A stretch of DNA of 64,000 nucleotides from Verrucomicrobiales bacterium (GTDB lineage: Bacteria; Verrucomicrobiota; Verrucomicrobiia; Limisphaerales; J093): the NCBI GenBank assembly GCA_037439785.1, contig JBBIVJ010000001.1, forward strand, positions 97,207-161,206, written 5' to 3'. Positions 1-10,953 of the stretch are shown one piece after another (positions within the stretch are counted from its first letter, which is position 1; every line of letters begins with the position of its first letter). The notes under the pieces were generated by a model that saw nothing but the letters and a program-made list of their open reading frames with translations, made no database searches and was not told the origin of the DNA. Position numbers and translations under genes: made by a program.

Positions 1-1904
1 TTGAGGAAGTACCGGGTGCCCAGTTCGCCGAAGACGTGCGGGCCGTACCAGTAGTTCCACTCGGTCATGGCGATGCGGATGTCCTTGCCCTTGAGGGAGG
101 GCAGTTCGGCCCGCATCCGGCGGTGGAATTCGGCCTTGGCCCGGATGTTGTCGGGAATCTGCCGCACGTGGGCCATGAGGCCGGGCCGCTCCTGACAGTA
201 GAAGTGCTCGGCGATGGCCTCCATGTGGTCGGCGCAGCGGCGCAACAGGCCCTCGCTCCACGGGCCGGCGTTGCCGGAGGAGATGCAGATGATGTGCGGG
301 TCCACCTCGCGCATCTTGTCCACCACCCAGTTCTGTTTGAGGATGTAGTGGTCCAAGGACATGTAGCCGAGCTGCCAGTTGCCCCACATTTCGTTGCCGA
401 TGCCCCAGAAGCGGATGCCAAAGGGCCGGGGCGCGCCGTTTTTCACGCGGCGCGCGCCCCAGTAGGTGTCGGGGCCGCCGTTGCAGTACTCGAGTTGCGC
501 GGCGGCGGAGTAGGCATCGCCGAAGCCGGTGTTGACCGTGATCCACGGCTCGGCGCCGACCAGTTGGCAGAAGCGGATGAACTCATGCATGCCGAAGTCG
601 TTGTGCTCGACGCCGGTCCAGGCGGGGTTGGTGCGCGGCGGCCGGCGGTCGCGCTCCCCGATGCCGTCGCGCCAGTCGTAGCCGCTGACGAAGTTGCCGC
701 CCGGCCAGCGGTAGATGGGGGCCTTGAGCTCGCGCAGCAACGCCAGGGTGTCGGCGCGCATTCCCTCCACGTTGTCCCCCGGCATGAGCGAGGCGGTGCC
801 GATGAACACTGCCCCCTGGTCCACCTTCAACTCCACCCAGCCCTTGTCCGAGGTGCGGGTGGCGGTGAAGTCGAAGGGGTAACGCCGGTACTCGCCGTCC
901 AGGCCGGCCACGGTCATGGAATCGCCCAACCCACGTTCGTCGCCCCAGCTCAAGGTCACCCGGGCATCGGGGCCGGCGGCGGGGTCGGCCTTCAGCCAGA
1001 CGTAGCCGGTGTAGGATTTGCCTTCGCTGAGACCAAGGTCGTTTTGCCGCAGCCCGCTGTCGGCCTGCACCCGCGGGGAGTGGCGGCCCACGAACGGCTT
1101 GTTCGTGCTCATGGTGACGCCGGCCGCGTCGCCGGTGATCTGCCACGGCGAGCGGCCCACCACTGGAAAGGGGGTGTCGCGCAGCGAGGTGTACGGCCGG
1201 TATTCCGGCGTGATGGGGTGGTAGAACTTGCGGTCCTCCAGCATCTCCGCCCAGATGCCGCCGTAGATGCAGCGGCCTAGGTGTTCGATGAACTGGCTGT
1301 ACACGTAGGCGGAAAGCGGCTCGCCCACCCGCGCGGCGTCCACCGTGATCCGCGGCGCGGGCGGCTCGCGCTGGGAGAGTTTCTCGAGGCTGACATCGTC
1401 AAACCAGGCCCGCCCCGTGGCGCGGCCCCAGCCGCCCAGCAGACAGTTCAACTGCACGCTGGTCTGGTCTTCGGTCTCGAATTCGGTCTCGACCCGCGTC
1501 CAGTCACGTGTGCCGGTGACCGCCGGCGTGGCCACGCCCTGGAGGTTGTGCAGGTTGAACAGCGCGCCGCGCCCCCCGCCCTGGGGGGTGACGTTCTCGG
1601 TCTTGATCCAGCCGGAGAGGCGGTAGCGGGCGTAGGGCTCGACGGGAACGTTGGCTGCCCAGCCGATGTCCGCGCCGGACTGCGAGGCCAGCTCGACGCT
1701 GCGCTCGCCGGTACGACCCTGCCGCGCGTGGGTGAAGGTCCCCTCCCCGCCCCAGGTCTCTGTCCGCCAGCCGCGCGGCCTTCGGCCTTCGCGGCCTTCG
1801 GCCTGCTCGAAGGAGGGATTGGGCACCGGATTCTGGGCCAGGGTTACATGGACGGCCAGCAGCCCCAACGCGGGCAGCAACCAGCGTGCAATGGAAGTGT
1901 GCAT
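1..1904 (-). CDS. alpha-L-arabinofuranosidase, GH51 family, with signal peptide and N-terminal CBM4_9-like module (3' end runs off the window)
   Basis: Absent from the ORF track because it has no stop codon inside the window. Reverse-complement translation from the ATG at 1904-1902 is open for all 634 codons. It begins MHTSIARWLLPALGLLAVHVTLAQNP. It contains FWGIGNEMWGNWQLGYM (GH51 acid/base GNE motif) and IRIAMTEWNYWYGP (nucleophile EWN motif). The listed + ORF 36..1280 is an antisense shadow. Confidence 0.85.
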   Translation of the reverse strand, partial: MHTSIARWLLPALGLLAVHVTLAQNPVPNPSFEQAEGREGRRPRGWRTETWGGEGTFTHARQGRTGERSVELASQSGADIGWAANVPVEPYARYRLSGWIKTENVTPQGGGRGALFNLHNLQGVATPAVTGTRDWTRVETEFETEDQTSVQLNCLLGGWGRATGRAWFDDVSLEKLSQREPPAPRITVDAARVGEPLSAYVYSQFIEHLGRCIYGGIWAEMLEDRKFYHPITPEYRPYTSLRDTPFPVVGRSPWQITGDAAGVTMSTNKPFVGRHSPRVQADSGLRQNDLGLSEGKSYTGYVWLKADPAAGPDARVTLSWGDERGLGDSMTVAGLDGEYRRYPFDFTATRTSDKGWVELKVDQGAVFIGTASLMPGDNVEGMRADTLALLRELKAPIYRWPGGNFVSGYDWRDGIGERDRRPPRTNPAWTGVEHNDFGMHEFIRFCQLVGAEPWITVNTGFGDAYSAAAQLEYCNGGPDTYWGARRVKNGAPRPFGIRFWGIGNEMWGNWQLGYMSLDHYILKQNWVVDKMREVDPHIICISSGNAGPWSEGLLRRCADHMEAIAEHFYCQERPGLMAHVRQIPDNIRAKAEFHRRMRAELPSLKGKDIRIAMTEWNYWYGPHVFGELGTRYFL

Positions 1905-2109
1905 GGCCACATTGGAATGGGGGGACCGGCCACCGGTCAAGGCTGAGCCGTCTGCGCGGCGGCACTTTTCCGCGCCCGGCCCACACAGCGCCGGCGCCGG
2001 CTGGCCGGTGGGGGTGGCCGGAGCCCCGGGCGGGCCGGGCGGGTGCGCCGCACCGCACCGCCCCCACCGCGAGCTTTCGGCCGGGCGGGCGGGCGCTTAG
2101 AGTGCCCGC

Positions 2110-3144
2110 ATGAACGCCGCATTGAGCCGCTTTCCCTTTTACCGTCCCCGCCGGCTGCGCCAGTCTGCTACGTTGCGGCGGCTGGTGGCCGAAACCCGGC
2201 TGAGCGCCGAACAACTGGTGCTGCCGTTGTTTGTGCGCCCCGGCCGCAAGCTGCGGCGGCCGGTGGCGTCCATGCCCGGCGTCCACCAACTTTCCCCGGA
2301 TGAACTGGTCGGGGAGGCGCGGCGGGCGTGGGAGGCCGGGGTGCCGGCGGTGCTGCTGTTTGGCATCCCGGACCGGAAGGACGAGCGGGCCAGCGGGGCC
2401 TACGCCCGCCGGGGCATTGTCCAGCAGACCGTGCGCCGGCTCAAACGCGAGCTGCCGGAGTTGCTGGTGATCACCGATGTCTGCCTGTGCGAGTACATGA
2501 GTCACGGGCATTGCGGGCTGGTTGAGCACGGCCCCCGCGGGGCCCGCATCGTCAATGACGCGACGTTGAAGCTGCTGGCCCGGACCGCGGTCAGCCACGC
2601 CGAGGCGGGGGCGGACCTGGTCGCGCCCAGCGACATGATGGACGGCCGGGTGGCGGCCCTGCGGACGGCGCTGGACGCGGCGGGCTTTGCCGAAACGCCC
2701 ATCATGGCGTATGCGGCGAAATTTGCCTCGGCCTTTTACGGGCCGTTCCGCGAGGCGGCTGAGTCCGCGCCGCGGTTCGGCGACCGCCGCAGTTATCAAA
2801 TGGCGCCCCCCAACGCCGAGGAGGCGCTGCGCGAGGTGGCCCTGGACCTGGCCGAGGGGGCGGACATTGTCATGGTCAAGCCCGCCCTAGCGTACCTGGA
2901 CATCCTGTACCGGGTGAAGGCGGCCTTCGGGTACCCCACCGCGGCCTATGCGGTGAGCGGGGAGTACGCGATGATCAAGGCGGCGGCGGCGCAGGGCTGG
3001 CTGGACGAGCGGGCCGTGCTCCTGGAGAGCCTCCTGGCCCTGCGCCGGGCGGGGGCGGACATCCTGATCACGTACGCGGCGGTGGACGTGGCGCGCTGGC
3101 TGCGCGAGGAGGCAGCGGCGGGCCTCAGTTCTGCACGTTCATGA
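2110..3144 (+). CDS. hemB: porphobilinogen synthase (delta-aminolevulinate dehydratase)
   Basis: 344 aa. Begins RPRRLR. Contains DVCLCEYMSHGHCG, VAPSDMMDGRV and MAYAAKFASAFYGPFREA, all typical HemB blocks. Confidence 0.95.
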   Translation: MNAALSRFPFYRPRRLRQSATLRRLVAETRLSAEQLVLPLFVRPGRKLRRPVASMPGVHQLSPDELVGEARRAWEAGVPAVLLFGIPDRKDERASGAYARRGIVQQTVRRLKRELPELLVITDVCLCEYMSHGHCGLVEHGPRGARIVNDATLKLLARTAVSHAEAGADLVAPSDMMDGRVAALRTALDAAGFAETPIMAYAAKFASAFYGPFREAAESAPRFGDRRSYQMAPPNAEEALREVALDLAEGADIVMVKPALAYLDILYRVKAAFGYPTAAYAVSGEYAMIKAAAAQGWLDERAVLLESLLALRRAGADILITYAAVDVARWLREEAAAGLSSARS

Positions 3145-3640
3145 TCGAGTACACGATCAGGGCGATGATGATCAGCCCCAGCGCCAGCCCGCCGTAGAGA
3201 AAGAGCTTGTTGGCGCTGTCGCTTTTCCTGGCGAAGCCGGGGCCGACCACCGGTTTGCCGGTCTTGTCCAGCTCCCCCAGTTTCACTCCGCCGATCGGCA
3301 TGGTCTGCTGCGCCGGCTTGCGGGCCGCCGGCGGGGCGCCGGGCGGAGGTTGGCGACCGTCTTCCAGGCGCAGTTCCACCTTGCCCAGGCGCAGAATCTG
3401 GCCCGGTTTGAGCGGGGCCTCGGCGATGGGCTGGTCGTTGATGTAGGTGCCGTTGGTCGAGTTGAGGTCTTTGACCAGCACCTCCTCCCCCTTGAGGATG
3501 ATCTCGCAGTGATGGCTGGAAACCGAGGGCTCGGCGATTTGAAAATTGTTGTCCTCCAGGCGCCCCACCGTGGTCCGTTCACGACTCAGTTCGTGGACGG
3601 TGCCGGTAAACCCTTCTGTCAGGACAACAAGCTTGGCCAT
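3125..3640 (-). CDS. FHA-domain protein with C-terminal transmembrane anchor
   Basis: Start trimmed to the ATG at 3640 (MAKLVVLTEG). FHA core is TTVGRLEDNNFQIAEPSVSSHHCEIILKGEEVLVKDLNSTNGTYIND. C-terminal hydrophobic stretch is LFLYGGLALGLIIIALIVYSI. The 3' end overlaps hemB convergently by 20 nt. Confidence 0.85.
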   Translation of the reverse strand: MAKLVVLTEGFTGTVHELSRERTTVGRLEDNNFQIAEPSVSSHHCEIILKGEEVLVKDLNSTNGTYINDQPIAEAPLKPGQILRLGKVELRLEDGRQPPPGAPPAARKPAQQTMPIGGVKLGELDKTGKPVVGPGFARKSDSANKLFLYGGLALGLIIIALIVYSIMNVQN

Positions 3641-3878
3641 GGACGCAGGTAACTGTCGGGCGATTATTCGGCGGAAGGGGGGCAAGTCAAACGGTTTCTG
3701 CCCGCGCCCCGCGCGCACGCCGCTTCTCCCGCCGCGCCTGCAGGTCTCACCCTGACACGCCAACCCGCAAAGCCCCGGCGTGGGTGACTCCCGCCTCCCG
3801 CGTGGTGGCCACGCTCCGACCACTGGGCCGATGTGTTTCCGGTTTGCCACGGCGCCGGCCGCTGGTTACCAGTGCCCC

Positions 3879-5210
3879 ATGCAAATGTCCTCCATCGTCT
3901 CCCGCCGCGCCTTCCTCCGCCGCCTGACCGCGGCCTCCCTCGCCGCTCCCTGGGTCACCCACGGTCTGCGCGCCGCCTCTCCCAACGGCAAACTCCGCCA
4001 CGCCAGCTTCGGCGCCGGCGGCATGGCCTGGGCGGACGTGAACGAAATTGCGCGCCACCCCCGGGTCGAAGTCGTGGCCGTGGCGGATGTGGACCTCACC
4101 CGCACCGCCGAGTTCCGGAAAAAGTTCCCCCAGGCCCGCGTGTACCAGGACTGGCGCGAGCTGCTCGCGCAGGAAAAGGACCTGGACACCGTGAACGTCT
4201 CGACGCCCGACCACATGCACGCCCCCATCGCCATGAGCGCCCTCCAGCGCGGTCTGCACGTGCACGGCCAGAAACCGCTCACCCACGACCTCTACGAGTC
4301 CCGTCGCCTGACCGAGGTGGCCCGCGAGAAACGCCGCGTCACCCAGATGGGCATCCAGATTCACAGCGCCCGCGAATACCGGCTGGCCGTACGGCTCATC
4401 CGGGACCTGGCCATCGGCAAGGTCCGCGAGGTCCACACCTGGAGCGGCAAAAAGTGGGGCGACCCCGGCCCCATGCCGCAACGCACCGACCCCGTGCCCG
4501 AAGGGCTGGATTGGAACGGCTGGCTGGGCGTCTGCGCCGAGCGGCCCTTCATTGGCGAGGGCTGGTACCACCCGGGCAACTGGCGCCGGCGCCTCGACTT
4601 CGGCACCGGCACCTTCGGCGACATGGGTTGCCACATCTACGACCCGGTCTTCAAGGCCCTGGCCCTGACCGCCCCCCGGAGCGTGCGCTCCGAAGGCCCC
4701 GCCCCCAACGAACACAGTTGGGCCGTGGACGCCGTCATCCCCTACGTCTTCCCCGGCACCCCCTATACCGCCGGCCCGACCGTGAACGTGACCTGGTACG
4801 ACGGCGACGCCCGCCCGCCCCGCTCCGTGCTGGACCTTCTGGGTGAAACTCCCGTCCCCGACCAGGGCACGATCTTCATCGGCACCGACGGCGTGATGCT
4901 GCTGCCGCACATCGGCCCGCCGGTGCTGCTGCCCGAGGCGAAGTTCGAGCACTACCCCCTGCCCAAGGTCCAGGGCGAAAACCACTGGCTTCAGTGGGTG
5001 GACGCCTGCCTGGGCCAGGGCACACCCGCGGCGAACTTCGACTACGCCGGCCCGCTCACCGAGGCGGTGCTGCTGGGCAGCGTGGCCACGCGCTTCCCCA
5101 GGACCACCCTGGAATGGGACGCGCGGGCGCTGAAATTCACCAACCTCCCCGCCGCCAACGCCCACGTCCGCCGCACCTACCGCCAGGGCTGGGAAGTGGC
5201 GGGGCTCTGA
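3879..5210 (+). CDS. Gfo/Idh/MocA family oxidoreductase with twin-arginine signal
   Basis: Start trimmed to the ATG at 3879 (MQMSSIVSRRAFLRRLTAASLAAP, a Tat motif). Rossmann N-terminus is ASFGAGGMAWADV, followed by VSTPDHMHAPIAMSALQRGLHVHGQKPL. Confidence 0.9.
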   Translation: MQMSSIVSRRAFLRRLTAASLAAPWVTHGLRAASPNGKLRHASFGAGGMAWADVNEIARHPRVEVVAVADVDLTRTAEFRKKFPQARVYQDWRELLAQEKDLDTVNVSTPDHMHAPIAMSALQRGLHVHGQKPLTHDLYESRRLTEVAREKRRVTQMGIQIHSAREYRLAVRLIRDLAIGKVREVHTWSGKKWGDPGPMPQRTDPVPEGLDWNGWLGVCAERPFIGEGWYHPGNWRRRLDFGTGTFGDMGCHIYDPVFKALALTAPRSVRSEGPAPNEHSWAVDAVIPYVFPGTPYTAGPTVNVTWYDGDARPPRSVLDLLGETPVPDQGTIFIGTDGVMLLPHIGPPVLLPEAKFEHYPLPKVQGENHWLQWVDACLGQGTPAANFDYAGPLTEAVLLGSVATRFPRTTLEWDARALKFTNLPAANAHVRRTYRQGWEVAGL

Positions 5211-5286
5211 GCCCGGGTGTGCACCCGCCAGGGCGGCCCCCCGCCGCCGTCACGCCCGCGCGTGGCGGCCCGCGCCGCTCCGCCAC

Positions 5287-6225
5287 TCAAAACACCCGCG
5301 ACATGCCCTCTTCGAGGATGCACAGGTGCGAGGCCTGACCGACCCGGCGGGCCAGCTCGCGCAGGCGCCGCGGCGGCTCCTCGAGGTCCTCGAAGGAGAG
5401 CCGGAACGTGCCATAGTGCATGGGCACCAGCCACTGCGCCCCCAGCTCGCGGAAGGCCTTCAGCGCGTCCTCCGGCCCCATGTGCACCTGCCGCAACCCT
5501 TCCGGGTGGTAGGCGCCAATGGGCAGCAGCGCAATCTCCGGCCGCCCGCGCCGGCCGATTTCCTGGAAGCCGTCGAAGTAGGCACTGTCCCCGGCGTGAT
5601 ACAAGCGGCGGCCCTGATGTTCGATGAGGAAGCCGCCGTAGCCGCGGTGGTGGTCGCCCAGGGTGCGTGCCCCCCAGTGCTTCGAGGGGGTCAGGGTCAC
5701 CTGGAGCCCGCGCCGGCTGAAGGTCTCCCACCACTCCAGCTCCAGCACCCGGTCAAAGCCCAGGCCGCGGGTCAGCTCGGCCACGCCCCACGGCGCCACC
5801 CCGATGCGGGGGCCGGGCAGCCGGCGCAGCGAGGGCTTGTGCAGGTGATCGAAATGGGCGTGGGAGATGAGCACCACCTCCGCCGCCGGCAGGTCCTTCA
5901 GGTGCAGGCCGGCGCGCCGCAGCCGCTTGAGCAGAAACAGCCAGTTGGCAAAGTTCGGGTCAATCAGCAGGTTCAGGTCGCTGAACTGGATCAGAAACGA
6001 CGCGTGGCCGATCCAGGTCACCGCCACCTGCCCGGGGCGCAACTGCGGCGGCACAAACAGCCGCGGTTCGCCCCGCCGCCGCGTGCGCAGCGATTTCCAG
6101 ACGACCTCGCGGAAAAAGCTACGGGGATCGAAGGTCCGGCTGGGGGTCAGGTCCTTGAAGGAACGGGGCAGGCGGCGGGCGGGGGAGGCGCCGGCGGCGC
6201 CCGGGTCTGGATCGGCGGCGCTCAC
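5287..6225 (-). CDS. MBL-fold metallo-hydrolase
   Basis: Contains [12 protein letters not shown] and [12 protein letters not shown] (HxHxDH zinc motif). The GTG start overlaps the ruvB stop (GTGA), suggesting co-transcription. Confidence 0.85.
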   Translation of the reverse strand: MSAADPDPGAAGASPARRLPRSFKDLTPSRTFDPRSFFREVVWKSLRTRRRGEPRLFVPPQLRPGQVAVTWIGHASFLIQFSDLNLLIDPNFANWLFLLKRLRRAGLHLKDLPAAEVVLISHAHFDHLHKPSLRRLPGPRIGVAPWGVAELTRGLGFDRVLELEWWETFSRRGLQVTLTPSKHWGARTLGDHHRGYGGFLIEHQGRRLYHAGDSAYFDGFQEIGRRGRPEIALLPIGAYHPEGLRQVHMGPEDALKAFRELGAQWLVPMHYGTFRLSFEDLEEPPRRLRELARRVGQASHLCILEEGMSRVF

Positions 6226-7328
6226 AACAGGCGGCCCTGGCTGCCGGCGGGGAGCAGGCCCAGCTTCCGGTAACTGAGCTCGGTGGCCACGCGGCCCTGG
6301 GGTGTGCGTTTGAGGTATCCCTCCATGATCAGGTACGGCTCATACACCTCCTCGAGGGTGTCGGGCTCCTCACCCACCGCCACCGCCAGCGAGCCGATCC
6401 CCACCGGCCCGCCGCCGAACTTCACCAGCAGCGTCTCGAGGATGCGTTTGTCCATGTCATCCAGCCCGTCCCGGTCAATCTCCAGCAGCGCCAGCGCGCG
6501 GTCGGCCAGGGCGGCATCCACCCGGCCGTCCCCGCGCACCTGGGCGAAGTCCCGCACCCGGCGCAGGAGGTTGTTGGCGATGCGCGGAGTGCCGCGGCTG
6601 CGCCGGGCGATCTCGAACGCCCCCGCCTCGTCCATCGTCACTCCCAGCAGCCGCGCCGAGCGGAGCACGATGCGCTGGAGGTCCGCCGCCGCGTAGTAGT
6701 CCAGCCGCTCGCGCATGGCAAAGCGCGTCAGCAACGGCGCGGACAGCAGGCCGCTGCGGGTGGTGGCGCCGATGAGGGTGAACCGCGGCAGGTTCAGCCG
6801 CACGCTGCGCGCGTTGGGCCCCTGGTCAATGATGATGTCCAGCTTGAAGTCCTCCATCGCCGGGTAGAGGTACTCCTCGATGGTCTTCTGCAGGCGGTGG
6901 ATTTCATCAATGAACAGCACATCCCCCGCCTCGAGGTTGGTCAGCAGTCCCGCCAGATCGCCCGCCTTCTCGATGCTCGGTCCGCTGGTCGCCTTCAGGT
7001 TGGCGCCCATTGCCCTGGCCAGGATGTGCGCCAGCGTGGTCTTGCCCAGCCCCGGCGGCCCGCTCAACAGCAGGTGATCCAGCGGCTCGCCCCGCTGCCG
7101 GGCCGCCTGCACCGCGATCTCCAGCCGCTCCTTGACCCGCCCCTGGCCGGTGAACTCCGCAAACAGCGACGGCCGCAGCGTCACGTCCAACGCCACGTCG
7201 GGCTTGCTGAGGGCTCCCGAAATCAACCGCTCGGCCACGACCGGAAGGTTGGGAAAAGCCCCCCCGCCCCACAAGGGAAAACCCGGGGCCCGCCGCCCCT
7301 CACTTGTCACTGGTTCGGCCCCGGCCAC
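6222..7328 (-). CDS. ruvB: Holliday junction branch migration helicase RuvB
   Basis: Contains [12 protein letters not shown], Walker [15 protein letters not shown] and Walker [11 protein letters not shown]. The longest ORF starts only 18 nt from the divergent DUF971 gene. An internal GTG at 7238 (AERLISG...) is a plausible true start. Confidence 0.9.
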   Translation of the reverse strand: MAGAEPVTSEGRRAPGFPLWGGGAFPNLPVVAERLISGALSKPDVALDVTLRPSLFAEFTGQGRVKERLEIAVQAARQRGEPLDHLLLSGPPGLGKTTLAHILARAMGANLKATSGPSIEKAGDLAGLLTNLEAGDVLFIDEIHRLQKTIEEYLYPAMEDFKLDIIIDQGPNARSVRLNLPRFTLIGATTRSGLLSAPLLTRFAMRERLDYYAAADLQRIVLRSARLLGVTMDEAGAFEIARRSRGTPRIANNLLRRVRDFAQVRGDGRVDAALADRALALLEIDRDGLDDMDKRILETLLVKFGGGPVGIGSLAVAVGEEPDTLEEVYEPYLIMEGYLKRTPQGRVATELSYRKLGLLPAGSQGRLL

Positions 7329-7346
7329 CCACTATCCTTCCCCTCC

Positions 7347-7664
7347 ATGCAACCGCTGGATGTGCAGATCATTGGCGAGGAACTCGCCCTCAAATGGCCC
7401 GACGGCACCGAAAGCTACCTCCGCCTCGAGGCCCTCCGCCGCGCCTGCCCCTGCGCCGGTTGCCGCGGCGAACCGGACGGGCTCGGCCACCTCCACCGCG
7501 GCCCGCCGCCGGTCCTGATCGCCGCCTCCTTCCGCCTCCGCCACCTCGGCCGCGTCGGCCACTACGCCCTCCAGCCGGTCTGGGAAGACGGCCACGACGC
7601 CGGCATTTACCCCTTCGACTACCTCCGGCACCTGGCGGCCGCCCACGACAACCCCCGCGCCTGA
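7347..7664 (+). CDS. DUF971 (gamma-butyrobetaine hydroxylase-like N-terminal) domain protein
   Basis: 105 aa from the ATG at 7347. Contains LALKWPDGTESYLRLEALRRACPCAGC and YALQPVWEDGHDAGIYPFDYL, the typical DUF971 pattern. Confidence 0.8.
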   Translation: MQPLDVQIIGEELALKWPDGTESYLRLEALRRACPCAGCRGEPDGLGHLHRGPPPVLIAASFRLRHLGRVGHYALQPVWEDGHDAGIYPFDYLRHLAAAHDNPRA

Positions 7665-7675
7665 TCCCCACCCCC

Positions 7676-8404
7676 ATGCACGTGCTGACCTTCCCCACCC
7701 CCGCCGCCGTCCACCAGGCCGCCGCCGACCTTCTGGCCGGCACGCTCACCGCCCCGGACACGCGCAACGTGGTGCTGGCCGGCGGCAACACCCCCCTGCC
7801 GGTGTACGCCGCGGTCGCCGCCCGCCGCCTCCCCCTGCGCCACCTCCGGCTGTTCGTGCTGGATGAGTACGTGGGTGTGCCGGCCGGGGACCCCCGCACC
7901 TGCTCGAACCTCCTCCGCCGCACCGCCGCCGAAGCCTGGGGGATGTCGCCGGACCGGTTCTTCGCGCTGGACCCCGACCCCGCACGGGCGGCCGACGCGG
8001 TGCGCGCCCACGAACAGGCCCTCGCCGCCGCGGGCGGCGCGGACCTGGCCGTGTTGGGGTTGGGCACCAACGGCCACCTTGGCTTCAACGAACCCGGCAC
8101 CCCGCCCGATGCCTCCGCACGCGTGCTCGGGCTCGAACCGGAGTCCGTCGAAGCCAACCGCCGCTGGTTCGGCGGCAAATTCGCGCCGGCCCGCGGCGCC
8201 ACCCTCGGCCTCGCCACCCTCCTGGCCGCACGCCGCGTCCTGGTGCTGGCCTGCGGTCCCGCCAAGGCCGCCGCCGTCGCCGCCATGGTGCGCGGGCCGC
8301 GCGACGGCCGCTGCCCCGCCGCCTGGTTGCAAATCCATCCCGACGCCTGGCTGTTCACCGACACCGCCGCCGCCAGCGCACTGGACCGCGGCAGTGGGAC
8401 ATAG
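7676..8404 (+). CDS. glucosamine-6-phosphate deaminase-like (NagB/Pgl superfamily) protein
   Basis: Start trimmed to the ATG at 7676 (MHVLTFPT). LGLGTNGHLGFNEPG resembles the NagB motif LGxGxNGHxxFNEP rather than the Pgl motif DGHTASLFP. Confidence 0.8.
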   Translation: MHVLTFPTPAAVHQAAADLLAGTLTAPDTRNVVLAGGNTPLPVYAAVAARRLPLRHLRLFVLDEYVGVPAGDPRTCSNLLRRTAAEAWGMSPDRFFALDPDPARAADAVRAHEQALAAAGGADLAVLGLGTNGHLGFNEPGTPPDASARVLGLEPESVEANRRWFGGKFAPARGATLGLATLLAARRVLVLACGPAKAAAVAAMVRGPRDGRCPAAWLQIHPDAWLFTDTAAASALDRGSGT

Positions 8405-8647
8405 GCCTCCGGCTTGCCTGCTCGCGACAGTGTGGTGCGGGCCTCCGGCCTGCATTTGCGCGCCCCCCCGGCCGCCGCCAGCGGGGGGAGCCTGACAGGC
8501 CGGTAATCAGGCGGGCGCCTCTCCGTTTCTTGCCGTGGCCGGGGTGGAACCCCGCGCCACGGCCCCAGCAATCAATGGGAATGCGCCCCCATCCCGCCCG
8601 GCGGTTCCGGCTTCCCGCCTCCGGCAGCGTTTGTCAGACTCGCGCCC

Positions 8648-9511
8648 ATGACACTGACCGAAACCCGCGCCCTGCTCGAGCGCCTCCGCCGGGGCGAGAC
8701 TTCGCTGGAGGCGGTAGTGCGCGCCCTCCAGGCCGCGCCGTTTGCTGACCTGGGCTTTGCGAACGTGGACACCCACCGCGCGCTGCGGCAGGGCTTCCCC
8801 GAGGTCATTTTCGGCGCCGGCAAAACCGCCGCCCAGGTGGTGGGCATCGCTGAGCGCCTGTTTCAACAGCATGGCCGCGTGCTGGTCACCCGCGCCACGC
8901 CCGAGCACGCCCGCGCCCTGCGCCGCCGGTTCCGCGCCGCCCGGCATCATGAGGTGGCGCGCTGCATCACGCTGGCCGAGACCCCCCTGCCGCCGCGGCC
9001 CGGCTACCTGGCCGTGCTCTGTGCCGGCACCAGCGACCTGCCCGTGGCCGAGGAGGCGGCGGTAACGGCCGAGTTCATGGGCAACCGCGTCGAGCGGCTC
9101 TTTGACGTGGGTGTGGCGGGCCTGCACCGGTTGCTGGGACGGCTGGAACTGGTCCAGGGCGCGCAGGTGCTGGTGGTGGTGGCCGGCATGGAAGGCGCCC
9201 TGCCCAGCGTGGTGGCCGGGCTGGTGTCGCGGCCGGTCATCGCCGTGCCCACCAGCATTGGTTATGGCGCCAGCTTCGGCGGCCTGGCGGCGCTGCTGGG
9301 GATGCTCAACAGTTGCGGCAGCGGGGTGACGGTGGTGAACATTGACAACGGCTTCGGCGCCGGCTACGCCGCCAGCCAGATCAACGCCCTGGCTGCCGAA
9401 ACCGCCGCCGGCCGGCAGTCCGCGCCCGCACCCACAGAAACTGCGCCTGCGCAGCCGGCAAGCCCTTCCTCCACCTCCCGCCCGGCCCGCCTCCGCCGCC
9501 GCGTCCGATGA
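8648..9511 (+). CDS. larB: nickel-pincer cofactor biosynthesis protein LarB (AIR-carboxylase-like)
   Basis: Contains [51 protein letters not shown] and PTSIGYGAS. Confidence 0.9.
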   Translation: MTLTETRALLERLRRGETSLEAVVRALQAAPFADLGFANVDTHRALRQGFPEVIFGAGKTAAQVVGIAERLFQQHGRVLVTRATPEHARALRRRFRAARHHEVARCITLAETPLPPRPGYLAVLCAGTSDLPVAEEAAVTAEFMGNRVERLFDVGVAGLHRLLGRLELVQGAQVLVVVAGMEGALPSVVAGLVSRPVIAVPTSIGYGASFGGLAALLGMLNSCGSGVTVVNIDNGFGAGYAASQINALAAETAAGRQSAPAPTETAPAQPASPSSTSRPARLRRRVR

Positions 9512-10836
9512 AGACGCTTTACCTCGACCTGTTCAGCGGCATCAGTGGCGACATGCTGGTGGGCGCCCTGCTGGACCTGGGCGCGGACCTCGCCCGGCTG
9601 GAACGCGACCTGGCCGGGCTGGACATCGGCGGCTACCACCTCCACGCCACGCGCCGGCCCAGGGCCGGCATCAGCGGCACCCGGTTCGAGGTGCACCTCG
9701 AAGCCGGGCCGGCCGCGGCCCACGCGACGCCGCCCGGCCACGACTCTTCCCACCCTCATGACCCGGCCGGGGCCGGCCACCCGGCGCATCCTGCCCCCGC
9801 CGGGCACGCGCACGCCGAACCCCCGGCCCACGCCCACGGCCGGGACTTCGCCACCATCCGGGACCTGCTGGCCGGCAGCGGGCTCTCCCCCTGGGTCAAG
9901 ACCACGGCCCACGCCGTGTTTCGCCGCATCGCCGAGGCCGAGGGGCAAATCCACCAGCAACCGCCGGAGCGCGTGCATTTCCACGAGGTCGGCGCGGTGG
10001 ATTCGATCGTGGATATCGTGGGCGCCTGCCTGGCGCTCGAACAACTGGGCCGGCCCCGCGTGCTGGCCTCGGCGGTCGTGGACGGCACCGGGTGGGTGCG
10101 CTGCGCCCACGGCCGGTTTCCTGTGCCCACGCCGGCCACGGTGGCCATCCTGGCCGCACGCGGCGTGACCGTCAGCCAATGCGCCGAGCCGCACGAGCTG
10201 GTAACGCCCACCGGCGCCGCCCTGCTGGCCGAGCTGGTCGAGTCGTTCGGCCCCCTGCACGAGTTCCGCCTCGAACGTGTCGGCTACGGGCTGGGCACCC
10301 GCGAGCTGTCGAGCCGACCCAACGTGTTGCGGGCCTTGTGGGGCGAGACCGCCGCGACCACCGCCGCCCCCCACGATTGGGAAACCGACACCGTGGCGGT
10401 GCTGGAAACCAACCTGGATGACGTCACCCCCGAACTGCTCGCCCACGCCGCCGCGCGGGCCCTCGCGGCGGGGGCGCTGGACGTCTTTCACGTGCCGGCG
10501 CAGATGAAAAAAGGCCGACCCGGCACGCTGTTTACCGTGCTCTGCCCGGAGGCGGAGGCCGACCGGCTGACCGGCCTGCTGCTCACCGAGACCAGCGCCT
10601 TCGGGGTGCGCCGCAGCCGGGCCGAGCGACGCAAGTTGCGGCGCGACGTCGTGACGGTCCCCACGCCTTTCGGGCCGGTGCAGGTGAAGCGCGGGTGGCT
10701 GGACGGGCGGGTGGTCCAGCGCGCGCCCGAGTTCGAGTCGTGCCGCCAGGTGGCCGAGCAGGCGGGCGTGCCGGTGAAGCAGGTGTTTGAAGCAGCGCTG
10801 GCGGCAGCCAACCTCGCCGCGCCCCCCGCCGAGTAA
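9508..10836 (+). CDS. larC: nickel-pincer cofactor nickel insertion protein LarC
   Basis: Begins [16 protein letters not shown]. Contains [16 protein letters not shown] and a His-rich tract [30 protein letters not shown]. The start overlaps the larB stop (ATGA). Confidence 0.9.
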   Translation: MKTLYLDLFSGISGDMLVGALLDLGADLARLERDLAGLDIGGYHLHATRRPRAGISGTRFEVHLEAGPAAAHATPPGHDSSHPHDPAGAGHPAHPAPAGHAHAEPPAHAHGRDFATIRDLLAGSGLSPWVKTTAHAVFRRIAEAEGQIHQQPPERVHFHEVGAVDSIVDIVGACLALEQLGRPRVLASAVVDGTGWVRCAHGRFPVPTPATVAILAARGVTVSQCAEPHELVTPTGAALLAELVESFGPLHEFRLERVGYGLGTRELSSRPNVLRALWGETAATTAAPHDWETDTVAVLETNLDDVTPELLAHAAARALAAGALDVFHVPAQMKKGRPGTLFTVLCPEAEADRLTGLLLTETSAFGVRRSRAERRKLRRDVVTVPTPFGPVQVKRGWLDGRVVQRAPEFESCRQVAEQAGVPVKQVFEAALAAANLAAPPAE

Positions 10837-10953
10837 GCCGGGCCTCCTCGCCCGACCCGGCCCTTTGTCCTGCCCACGGGGGGACGATTGACGCGGGAGG
10901 ATTGACGATTGACGTGTCCGCCGGAGCACGGGGAGGGAAGCCCGTGCCCGCGA

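Noticed and set aside
36-1280. 414-aa plus-strand ORF at the left edge
   Set aside because: Its composition is Gly/Ala/Val/Pro/Arg-rich with no motifs. The opposite strand encodes a complete, motif-bearing GH51 arabinofuranosidase. This is a typical high-GC antisense shadow ORF.
1775-1803. gccttcggccttcgcggccttcggcc inside the GH51 gene resembles the CTTCGGC arrays
   Set aside because: Only about three interrupted units are present. They lie in-frame within an open coding region (translated EQAEGREGRRP near the signal-peptide cleavage region). I cannot distinguish this from chance in about 70% GC DNA.
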